The notes under the pieces were generated by a model, which saw only the letters and a program-made list of their open reading frames with translations, made no database searches and was not told the origin of the DNA. Positions 17,581 through 26,220 of a DNA stretch of 32,000 nucleotides are shown piece after piece. The first letter of the stretch is position 1. Each line of letters starts with the position of its first letter. The stretch spans positions 1,770,001-1,802,000 of the forward strand of contig NC_010546.1 of assembly GCF_000017845.1 (NCBI RefSeq), given 5' to 3'. This stretch comes from Crocosphaera subtropica ATCC 51142. Lineage in GTDB: Bacteria > Cyanobacteriota > Cyanobacteriia > Cyanobacteriales > Microcystaceae. The position numbers and the translations under genes are program-made.

Positions 17581-17607
17581 CCAAGATAGAGAAAGTTTTT
17601 ATAAAAG

Positions 17608-17632
17608 GGAGTGAGTGTTTTTTACTCACTCC
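17608..17632. terminator. bidirectional stem-loop between convergent genes
   Basis: A perfect 9-bp stem GGAGTGAGT-gtttttt-ACTCACTCC. It ends 2 nt before the aspartoacylase stop codon and begins 28 nt after the DUF1772 stop. Confidence 0.7.
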
Positions 17633-17634
17633 TC

Positions 17635-18525
17635 TTATGATTGAATTGGATTAAATGTTACAGTAATTTCTTGTTTTCTTGTTAAACACATAGCGATACT
17701 TTTTTCATAATAAGCTGCTTCATTAATAAACACAGGATAAACTATACTATCTCCTTGATAAGTAATTATTTCTCCGTTAAAAGTAATAAATAAAGGATCA
17801 CCAAAATTAATCGGGTGATAATCTTTTGATTGTAAATTAGGATGAATCATTGCTGTTATTTCTTCTCCATTTCTGGGATAATCAATTTTTTCAAAGACTT
17901 CATAAATTACTAAATTATGACTTTTTGGCTCAATTTGATTTTGATTATATTTATCCAAATAATCTAATAAACTATAAATAAGTTGTTCAGTTTTTATAAA
18001 CAATTCTGCTTTTAAAACCCCTTGAGGAATTGATCCTATTTCAATACTTAACCCTAATTCTGTATTACTTCGTAATAACTTATTGGTGTCGGTTGAAGCA
18101 TAGTATAAAACCTTAAGTTCAGGATAAATTAAACTTAAATAACTACATAATTGTAAATGAAAATCATTTTTATCAGAAAGAATAATCGTTAATCCCATAG
18201 CAGAAGTTGTACTATGAATATCAACCAAAAAATTAATCTGATTATTTCTCAGCTTTTGATGAATCGTTTTAGCCAAAAGTTGCTCATATAAAATATTATC
18301 TAAATTTTCTATATCTTCTGAAGCAAAACATCGATTAAGATCAATTTCTGTATATCTAACACTCAATTTTATTGCTTTGGGATTAGATAAAAATGGAAAG
18401 ACTTTCACGGTTTCTCGTTCAAGTAAATGGGGATTCTTGAGGAACTTTTTAATTAAATAAATTCCTGTCAATTCGTTGCCATGAGTACCACCAAAAAGAG
18501 CAACTTTTTCAATTTTTTTGACCAT
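17635..18525 (-). CDS. aspartoacylase / succinylglutamate desuccinylase (AstE-AspA) family zinc hydrolase
   Basis: 296 aa. VALFGGTHGNELTG and DIHSTTSAMG match the Zn-binding His/Glu/His layout of aspartoacylase-like enzymes. Confidence 0.85.
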   Translation of the reverse strand: MVKKIEKVALFGGTHGNELTGIYLIKKFLKNPHLLERETVKVFPFLSNPKAIKLSVRYTEIDLNRCFASEDIENLDNILYEQLLAKTIHQKLRNNQINFLVDIHSTTSAMGLTIILSDKNDFHLQLCSYLSLIYPELKVLYYASTDTNKLLRSNTELGLSIEIGSIPQGVLKAELFIKTEQLIYSLLDYLDKYNQNQIEPKSHNLVIYEVFEKIDYPRNGEEITAMIHPNLQSKDYHPINFGDPLFITFNGEIITYQGDSIVYPVFINEAAYYEKSIAMCLTRKQEITVTFNPIQS

Positions 18526-18561
18526 AGAATTCCCTAAACTAAAATGGTTGATTATTACTTT

Positions 18562-19065
18562 TTACTGTGGTAATTGCCGTTTTAAGGCTTCTAAACCCGA
18601 CCAACGACTGTCAATAATCGGTTCATGATCATTAGTTTTTGCAGTTGGGGGTTGACAATCTTTACCGCATAGTTGTCTTAATGGAATGGTTAAAGATAAT
18701 TGTTCGTACAGCCAACTTTGAGGATCAAAATGACCTTGGGGGGATAAACTTTCTGATAAATCTTCCCAAGCAACTTCTCTTTCTTGGGGATAGTTATCCC
18801 CTAAATCTGCATCTTTATCTAACCAAATAATTTCCGAGGTATCTAAACTCAGACGACGATTATACTGTTGTAAACAGCGATCGCAAGTTAAAGTAACAAT
18901 GGTTTCTCCTTTAATACCCACTTCCAAAAAAGTTCCGCCATGACGGATCATCATTTTTCCTCGAAAGGGGGTTAAAGTTTCAAGTTCAGGGATAAAATCA
19001 TCAAGTACAAGGGTTTGGGTACGATTGGGAGCCTGTAGTAAATGGGGAATATAAATTGCTTGCAT
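18562..19065 (-). CDS. yceD: YceD/DUF177 family protein
   Basis: 167 aa. The CDRCLQ...C(x)DC cysteine pattern, size and acidic C-terminal half are typical of DUF177. Confidence 0.75.
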   Translation of the reverse strand: MQAIYIPHLLQAPNRTQTLVLDDFIPELETLTPFRGKMMIRHGGTFLEVGIKGETIVTLTCDRCLQQYNRRLSLDTSEIIWLDKDADLGDNYPQEREVAWEDLSESLSPQGHFDPQSWLYEQLSLTIPLRQLCGKDCQPPTAKTNDHEPIIDSRWSGLEALKRQLPQ

Positions 19066-19100
19066 AATCTTACGTTTTCCTCTTCTTGCATTTCATTTAG

Positions 19101-19880
19101 CTAGGGTGTTGACTCCCCTTGTGGATAACCAAGGGATAGGCTTCCTGGTGGTAGTTTTAGGGTAGTTTTTGACCCTGGAGATTGCAAAGAAACCTTTAAT
19201 TCTCCCTGAGTGCTAACACCGATGATAGTTCCTGTTATACCTTCAATCATAACTTTACGCCCAACACTATCCAATATATCTATATAATTTCTCATTAAAT
19301 TCTCAATTCCCTCTTTTAGATAAGACTCATAACCCTCGAAGACTCCATTAATGGTGATAGCGGACAAGGTTTCTAAACTGTCAATGTCATGGGGGTTAGG
19401 ATAAGATTGAAGGGGAATCCCAGGATCGGGGACTTGATTAGACCAATTAATTCCTACACCAATGACACTGTGGGTAATCATCTTGTTGTGAATGCGGGTT
19501 TCGCTTTTAATTCCCCCTAACTTGCGTCCTTCTAAAATTAAATCGTTGGGCCATTTTAATTGGACTGGGAGTCTATAACGGCGTAAGCTTTGGGCGATCC
19601 CCCAAGCACTCAAAAGGGTTAAATGAGGAGCATTTTTAGCCTCAAGGTTTATGTTTAACCCAATAGAGAGATAAAGTCCCCCTGGGGAAGAAACCCAGGT
19701 TCTTCCCCATTGTCCTCGTCCTGCGGTTTGTTGAGAAGCTATAACAATGACAGGAAAAGGGTTTCCTCCTGCTAACAAGTCCCAAACCACTTGATTGGTC
19801 GACGTAACAGTATCAAAAATATGCAGAGGATAGGATGGCTGTTTTAAATCAGCGTTAATTTTTCTATGATCAAGTCTCAT
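19101..19880 (-). CDS. birA: biotin--[acetyl-CoA-carboxylase] ligase (group I, no N-terminal HTH)
   Basis: 259 aa. Has the biotin-binding loop QTAGRGQWGRTW (GRGRxGRxW type) and KWPNDL. Confidence 0.9.
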   Translation of the reverse strand: MRLDHRKINADLKQPSYPLHIFDTVTSTNQVVWDLLAGGNPFPVIVIASQQTAGRGQWGRTWVSSPGGLYLSIGLNINLEAKNAPHLTLLSAWGIAQSLRRYRLPVQLKWPNDLILEGRKLGGIKSETRIHNKMITHSVIGVGINWSNQVPDPGIPLQSYPNPHDIDSLETLSAITINGVFEGYESYLKEGIENLMRNYIDILDSVGRKVMIEGITGTIIGVSTQGELKVSLQSPGSKTTLKLPPGSLSLGYPQGESTP

Positions 19881-19910
19881 GGGATAAGGGTCTGGGGTGT
19901 GGGGTGTAGG
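19881..19910. repeat. G-rich tract with tandem GGGGTGT heptamers
   Basis: gggataagggtctggggtgtggggtgtagg lies immediately 5' of the birA ATG, where it reads as a C-rich leader on the minus strand. Confidence 0.55.
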
Positions 19911-20028
19911 AAATCATTAAAACAAAACTAAATCTTACCAATGCTTAAAAATCTTAGGGTTTATAGTTAAGTCTGCCCTGATTTCTATCTATAGTAGACA
20001 ACGAATAAACCTAGATTACGAGGAGTAA

Positions 20029-20373
<345 letters not shown>

Positions 20374-20383
20374 AGCTTCATGG

Positions 20384-20405
20384 GGACTTGGGATGTCCTA
20401 AGTCC
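20384..20405. terminator. weak stem-loop between convergent glnB and rdgB
   Basis: GGACTT-(10 nt)-AAGTCC, a 6-bp stem, followed by tctctctgtattt on the plus strand. Confidence 0.35.
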
Positions 20406-20429
20406 TCTCTCTGTATTTACAGAGGTTCC

Positions 20430-21020
20430 TCACTCTTGCCTTGAAGACCATAATTCTTTTAATTGAGGTAACAAAAGGGCAAATGCTTGACCTCGATGGG
20501 ATACATCCCGCTTCAGTTGGGGTGTCATCTGGGCAAAGGTTTGCCTGTATCGGGGGACATAAAAGATAGGATCATAGCCAAAACCGTCGGTTCCTTGGGG
20601 GGTTGTGAGGATTTCTCCTTGACAAATACCTTCCGTTTGTAGGGCAATGGAACCATCAGGACGAGCTACAGCGATCGCACAAACAAATTGAGCTTGCCGA
20701 TGATCATTATTGCCTAACTCATTTAATAAGCGTTCAATTCTTTCTTGATCAGTGTTACCATATCGAGCAGAGTACAGTCCGGGCGCACCGTTGAGGGCGG
20801 CAACCACTAACCCTGAATCATCGGCGATCGCCCATTCTCCCAAACCTTTAGCGACTTGAGAGGCTTTAAGACAAGCGTTCTCAACAAAAGTTTCTCCAGT
20901 CTCTTCGATGTCTATTTCTGGTGGTTTTAGTTGCAACTCCCAATCTGATTCGATTAAATACTCTTGCATTTCTTGCAGTTTTCCAGGATTACCAGTAGCA
21001 ACGATTAATTTTTGCTTCAT
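20430..21020 (-). CDS. rdgB: non-canonical purine NTP pyrophosphatase (RdgB/HAM1)
   Basis: LIVATGNPGKLQEM begins right after ATG 21020, and FGYDPIF and SHRG motifs are present. The track's extra 23 N-terminal residues are not part of the family fold. Confidence 0.9.
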   Translation of the reverse strand: MKQKLIVATGNPGKLQEMQEYLIESDWELQLKPPEIDIEETGETFVENACLKASQVAKGLGEWAIADDSGLVVAALNGAPGLYSARYGNTDQERIERLLNELGNNDHRQAQFVCAIAVARPDGSIALQTEGICQGEILTTPQGTDGFGYDPIFYVPRYRQTFAQMTPQLKRDVSHRGQAFALLLPQLKELWSSRQE

Positions 21021-21230
21021 TATTCTTTCTATCTTTTGAGAATCGTTTATATTAAAGAGAGACAGTATTTCTTTTCTTAGTTTAATCAATAAGAAAAGAC
21101 CAGAAAGCCTCTCCTCAACATCTATCTCTCGTTATTTTGTCAGGTAATTAGGAAAATTGTATGATACTTATCAATTTTTTCTTCTAAAAGTTAGATATTC
21201 TTAATTATGCTCTCTATTACCTTGTGAACT

Positions 21231-23738
21231 ATGTTGATGGATTTTTCTACTGATTCCCTCGTTTCCCATGAAAAAAAAAAGAAAGCGATTGATTTTGAAA
21301 AAATAACGAATGAGCAAAGTTTCTCTGATATTTTACACCATATTTTTTGGGGGATTTCTTCAGCTAATCAACAAGAATTTTTTGAATCATTAGTTTTCCA
21401 TTTAACCCAAGTTTTGAAAATTGACTATGCTTTTATCAGTCAATTAGAAGGTGATGATGCGGTAAACACATTGGCGGGTTGTTTTAGGGGTAACAAATGT
21501 GATAATTGCGTTTATCAATTAAGCAATACTCCTTGTGAAATTGTTATCAAAGAAGGCAAGTACACTTGTTTTGATAATATAAAAAAAGTTTTTACTAATG
21601 ATATTTTGATTCAAAAAAATAATATTGAAAGTTATATAGGCAGAGCTTTATATGATCAAACAGGTAAAATTATAGGTATCCTTTGTGTTATGAGTTGCTC
21701 TCCTCTACACAATGCTAAGTTATTACCCAAAATCATAGATATTTTTGCTATCAGTGCTGCTAGAGAACTAGAAAAAAAACAAGCTGATCAAGACCTTGAT
21801 AAACTCAATAAAACCTTAGAAGAATTAGTACAAAAAAGAACCAATCAACTCGAAATAATTAATCAAAATTTACGTCGAGAAATTAAACGAAGGAAAAACA
21901 CTGAATTCCAATTAATTAAACAAGAAAATAAATTTAAAGACCTCGTTTATAATATTGATAATGGAATTATTCTTGTTGATACAGAAGGAAAAATTAAATT
22001 TGCTAATCCTGCTGCTTTAGCTATTTTTGAACAACCCTTACAGAGTTTATTAGAATATGATTTTGGTATTCCTATTGTTAGTAATAAACCCGTGGAATTA
22101 GAAATTATTAAAGCTAAAAATAAAACAGGTTTTGTCGAAATGAATGTTACTTTCACTGAATGGGAAAAAGAATCAGTTTATTTGGTTTCTATTAGGGAAA
22201 TTACTGAAAGAAAAAAAGCAGAAGAAGCACTGATAAAAGCTAAAGAAGAAGCTGACTTAGCTAACCAAGCCAAGACAGAGTTTTTGGCAAATGTCAGTCA
22301 TGAACTTCGCACGCCGATGAATGCAATCTTAGGATTTGCTGAATTACTCAAATTAAAATTAAAAGCTCAAGAACCTCCTATCTATGAGTATATTGAGACT
22401 ATTTATAATAGTAGCAATTCTCTGTTATCGTTGATTAACGATTTACTAGATATCAATCAAGTTGAAGCAGGAAAAATAGAATTAAATTATCATGGGTTTT
22501 CAGTTAGGACATTGCTGACAGAAATCATCAATATTTTTTCCAATCAAGCATCTAAACAACAATTACAATTATTGGTAGATATTCAGGATAATGTTCCAGA
22601 ATTTATTAATTTTGATTCTCTACGATTACGTCAAATTTTAGTTAATCTCATTGGTAATTCCCTCAAGTTTACTAGCAAAGGTTACATTAAAGTTAGTCTT
22701 AGTATGCAGAATTTATATGGTAATTATGGTACTTTGAAAATTGAAGTACAAGATACAGGAATTGGGATTAAAGACGAAGATAAGCAGCAAATTTTTGAAG
22801 CTTTTATCCAAAGTCAAGGACAAGATAATTATCGCTATGGAGGGAACGGTTTAGGTTTATTTATTACTCAGAAAATTACAGAATTTTTAGGGGGAACCAT
22901 CACCTTAGACAGTGAATGGGGAGAAGGCTCGACTTTTACTCTAATGTTTGCTGATGTGGAAATCGTTAATTCAACGAACGTTTTACAGCAGGAATCCTGT
23001 GAAATAACCCTTAATGATATTGAAACCATGACCATTTTAGTAGTTGATAATATTCCTGAGCATTGTGATTTAATTGAAGGATATTTTGTCGGAACTGAAC
23101 ATAATTTGATGTTTGCAAATCAGAAAGAAATAGCCATTAATTTTATAAAAAGTCATTGCGTTGATATTATACTTATGAACTTGGAATTTGATACTATTAA
23201 TAATAGTTTAGAAGTCTTAAAAATTTTAAGAAGACAAAATAAAACACAATATACTCCTGTCATTTCAATGACGGATCTTCCTCTAGATATGGCTGAGAAT
23301 CATCAAACTCTTTTTCAAGGAGTTCTCAAACAACCCATCCACTACTCTCAGCTTGTACAAGTTCTCAGTAAGATTTCGTTAGAAAAAGAAGAACCAAAAA
23401 GTAATATAGACTTTTCTCTAACAGCATCAGATTATCAAGTGATCACTAATGTATTTGATTTATTAGGAAAACTCCAAGAAATAGAAGAAGATTCCTGGAA
23501 CCGAATTCGCCAAAGAATGATTCTATCAGAACTACAAACATTTGCTCATGATCTCGAACATTTAGGACAGACTTATAATTGTCCAATCCTCATGAACTAT
23601 AGCGAAATTTTAGCCAATTATCTTAGTATCTTAGATATTGAACAGTTATCTAACACCTTAGAAAAGTTTCCGCAAATCAGAGTGAGTTTACTAGATTATT
23701 CTAATTGTGTAAATAGAGATTGGAACTCTCAACCCTAA
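21231..23738 (+). CDS. hybrid sensor histidine kinase (GAF - coiled coil - PAS - HisKA - HATPase - pseudo-receiver - HPt-like)
   Basis: 835 aa. H-box FLANVSHELRTPMNAILGF (His357 at 22299-22301), N-box LVNLIGNSLKFT, G-boxes DTGIGI and GGNGLGLFI. The receiver-like segment ILVVDNIP...DIILMNLEF has Asn at the phospho-acceptor position. The C-terminal FAHDLEHLG is HPt-like. Confidence 0.9.
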   Translation: MLMDFSTDSLVSHEKKKKAIDFEKITNEQSFSDILHHIFWGISSANQQEFFESLVFHLTQVLKIDYAFISQLEGDDAVNTLAGCFRGNKCDNCVYQLSNTPCEIVIKEGKYTCFDNIKKVFTNDILIQKNNIESYIGRALYDQTGKIIGILCVMSCSPLHNAKLLPKIIDIFAISAARELEKKQADQDLDKLNKTLEELVQKRTNQLEIINQNLRREIKRRKNTEFQLIKQENKFKDLVYNIDNGIILVDTEGKIKFANPAALAIFEQPLQSLLEYDFGIPIVSNKPVELEIIKAKNKTGFVEMNVTFTEWEKESVYLVSIREITERKKAEEALIKAKEEADLANQAKTEFLANVSHELRTPMNAILGFAELLKLKLKAQEPPIYEYIETIYNSSNSLLSLINDLLDINQVEAGKIELNYHGFSVRTLLTEIINIFSNQASKQQLQLLVDIQDNVPEFINFDSLRLRQILVNLIGNSLKFTSKGYIKVSLSMQNLYGNYGTLKIEVQDTGIGIKDEDKQQIFEAFIQSQGQDNYRYGGNGLGLFITQKITEFLGGTITLDSEWGEGSTFTLMFADVEIVNSTNVLQQESCEITLNDIETMTILVVDNIPEHCDLIEGYFVGTEHNLMFANQKEIAINFIKSHCVDIILMNLEFDTINNSLEVLKILRRQNKTQYTPVISMTDLPLDMAENHQTLFQGVLKQPIHYSQLVQVLSKISLEKEEPKSNIDFSLTASDYQVITNVFDLLGKLQEIEEDSWNRIRQRMILSELQTFAHDLEHLGQTYNCPILMNYSEILANYLSILDIEQLSNTLEKFPQIRVSLLDYSNCVNRDWNSQP

Positions 23739-24007
23739 TTTTACTTCTATTTTGTAAGGAGGTTTCCTACTCATTGTAGGGAATGCTCTTGTCACTAAAA
23801 ATCCCTATGTACCCCTTTTGATCAACCTCCGAGTAGTTATTTTAATCTTAAGTAACTATCTCTTGTATCATCAGGGGTTTTCCTGGGAAAATTATTAATG
23901 ATCTCATGCTTTAAAAATTGAACAGTGAAATCGTATCAAAATGGTCAGTTAGAGTAGAAACTGGGTTTTACAATAGAAGATGATACAGAATCTGAAGATG
24001 AGGTGCT

Positions 24008-24598
24008 ATGCTCTCACAAATTGTGCGTCCTCTGGTTAACACACAAGTTCGTCTCTTAGCGAACTCCCAAACCACTCAAACTACCTTAGTCGAAACCATT
24101 GCTCGTTGGTTAGGATATCTTGGGGTGGATGCGGAAGTGACCAAGTTATCCCCTGAGAGCGATCGCATTCATGTGGCCATCAAAGTAGGAAAACCTGATT
24201 CTTGTGATGATCGAGACTGGAATAATATTTTAACGAATCTGCGATCGCCTGCTCACCCTGAAAATAATGGTTTAAAATCTTCAGATAACTTTCATGAGTC
24301 TCATCAGCTACAAATTGCACGATTATTAGCTTATTTAATCCAAGTGAGTGATCCTCAACAAGAAATTACTTGGCCAGAAATAGAAAGTCAATTGATTGCT
24401 TTGAATCTTGATAATTCTATGTTATCTCGCATTAAATCCGCACTGAAAGTCCCTCAATCTCCAGATTTATTACAGAGTGTTGATCCCGATGTTGCTGCTG
24501 TAACGTTTCCCATTGCTGTTAAAATTGCTTGGTTTGATCAAGAAATTAATTCTCACGAAAATCACGCTCTTTCTACTTTATTAAGTGCGATGAAATAG
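24008..24598 (+). CDS. hypothetical protein
   Basis: 196 aa. A GAGGTG RBS lies upstream, the composition is host-like and there are two internal HIP1 sites. No family recognised by eye. Confidence 0.55.
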   Translation: MLSQIVRPLVNTQVRLLANSQTTQTTLVETIARWLGYLGVDAEVTKLSPESDRIHVAIKVGKPDSCDDRDWNNILTNLRSPAHPENNGLKSSDNFHESHQLQIARLLAYLIQVSDPQQEITWPEIESQLIALNLDNSMLSRIKSALKVPQSPDLLQSVDPDVAAVTFPIAVKIAWFDQEINSHENHALSTLLSAMK

Positions 24599-24624
24599 CT
24601 TTCGATAATTTAAGTTCATATCTA

Positions 24625-26106
24625 TCAGCACTGCTTAAGATGTCCTAGATTAATAACAATTTGGTCAATAATGTTTCTTAATTCTGATGCTGGTAAGTTT
24701 GATTGATTCACCATGATACTAAAAGCTAATTGCTCATAATTGGCTGGTTCAATATAACCTGATAAAGAGGATGACCCCGATAATGTTCCTGTTTTAGCTT
24801 GTACTTTTCCTTCCATAACTGTATCTTTAAACCGATTTTTTAGGGTTCCATTAATCCCACCTACCGCCAAAGAATTACGATAAATTTCAGCATCTGGTGT
24901 TTGTATCATTAGGGTGAGGAGATTAACCAATGCTGTGGGGGTAACTAAGTTATGACGGGATAACCCTGAACCATCTTTTAAGTGATATAAATTTGCTTCC
25001 AATCCTAATTGAGCAAGAATTTGTTTTAGATTATCAATATTACTGTTTTCTTCAGTATCATCTACCAAAAGATTGAGCAAACTTTCTGCATATAAATTAT
25101 GACTTTCTTGGTTTGCGTTTGTAATTATTGTTTGTAAAGGATTAGATTGAATTTCTATTATTTTGGTTAAATTATCTGTTCTATTATCGCCATAAATCAC
25201 CTCAGAATTCATAATAGTTATACCTTCTTTTTCTAGGTAAAATTGTAGAGAATCTAGAAAATATTTTCCTGAATTAACTACTGCTATTCCAAAAATATCA
25301 GGCTCAGAATTGCTTGCTAAACTTCCAGTAATGGTTAATAAAGGTCTTTCAAAACTACGATGAATTGAAACAGAATAAGGACTATTTTCTTCACTTGTTA
25401 TAGTTTGATTATCAACAGTCCATTGTTTTGCTGCAATCGGATCAGACCATTCTATGGTTAAATTTTCTCCTACTTCTTGAGACGTTAAGGTTAAAACAAC
25501 AGCATTTTCATTGAGAATTAACTTGTTAGAAGATGTGGCATAATAAAACTGAATATCTTCCCATTCCCAGGTAGGATTGATAGATTGATGTTCAAAAGAA
25601 CTATCTTCAACAATTAAATTTTCAATGCGTTGAATTCCCTTCAATTTTAATTGTTTAGCTAAGGTTTCTAACTGTTGACTATTTAACGTTGGATCTCCTT
25701 TTCCTACTACTTTTAAAATGGTTAAATTAGGATAGGAACCCGAACCATAGATAGGAGTTTTTATTTGATAATTGGGGTCAAATTTAATTAATGCTGCTGC
25801 TGTAGTAAACAGTTTAACATTAGATGCAGGGATAAAATACTTCTGGGAATTTAACTCATATAATGTGCTTTGATCATCTATTTTTTTGACCAAGATTCCC
25901 CAATGCGATCGCCTTAATTTTTCTGTGTTTAAAATCTCATCTATTTTTTGTTTTAAATCAGTTTCACAAACTGACATATCTCGTCTATCACTATTTATAT
26001 TAGAATTGACTTCATTGGCTTTTAATGGTAAAGAAAAAGTAAAAGTAAAGGACAAAATACAACCAAATATTCCTATTTTTTTCAAGCCTAGATAATAAAA
26101 ATTCAT
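24625..26106 (-). CDS. dacB: D-alanyl-D-alanine carboxypeptidase/endopeptidase (PBP4, peptidase S13)
   Basis: 493 aa with a signal peptide. SxxK as PASNVKL, DGSGLSRHN (SxN region), and KTG as AKTGTLSG. Confidence 0.9.
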   Translation of the reverse strand: MNFYYLGLKKIGIFGCILSFTFTFSLPLKANEVNSNINSDRRDMSVCETDLKQKIDEILNTEKLRRSHWGILVKKIDDQSTLYELNSQKYFIPASNVKLFTTAAALIKFDPNYQIKTPIYGSGSYPNLTILKVVGKGDPTLNSQQLETLAKQLKLKGIQRIENLIVEDSSFEHQSINPTWEWEDIQFYYATSSNKLILNENAVVLTLTSQEVGENLTIEWSDPIAAKQWTVDNQTITSEENSPYSVSIHRSFERPLLTITGSLASNSEPDIFGIAVVNSGKYFLDSLQFYLEKEGITIMNSEVIYGDNRTDNLTKIIEIQSNPLQTIITNANQESHNLYAESLLNLLVDDTEENSNIDNLKQILAQLGLEANLYHLKDGSGLSRHNLVTPTALVNLLTLMIQTPDAEIYRNSLAVGGINGTLKNRFKDTVMEGKVQAKTGTLSGSSSLSGYIEPANYEQLAFSIMVNQSNLPASELRNIIDQIVINLGHLKQC

Positions 26107-26154
26107 TAGCTCCTCTTAAGATTTTAAATGCAGTTTATTATAATTAAGAATAAA

Positions 26155-26170
26155 CCCCCCATTTTTGGGG
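26155..26170 (-). terminator. small stem-loop plus U-rich tail after the FAD oxidoreductase gene
   Basis: On the minus strand: CCCCA-aaaa-TGGGG followed by ggtttattctt. It lies 50 nt past the stop at 26221, upstream of the dacB RBS. Confidence 0.5.
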
Positions 26171-26220
26171 AGATTATCTGGTTTAACTGACATTATCCGA
26201 CTAGGAATTAAATATATTAA

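Noticed and set aside
21021-21089. 23-residue N-terminal extension of rdgB in the ORF track.
   Set aside because: The RdgB/HAM1 fold starts at MKQKLIVATGNPGK (ATG 21020). The extension is AT-rich upstream sequence with no family counterpart.
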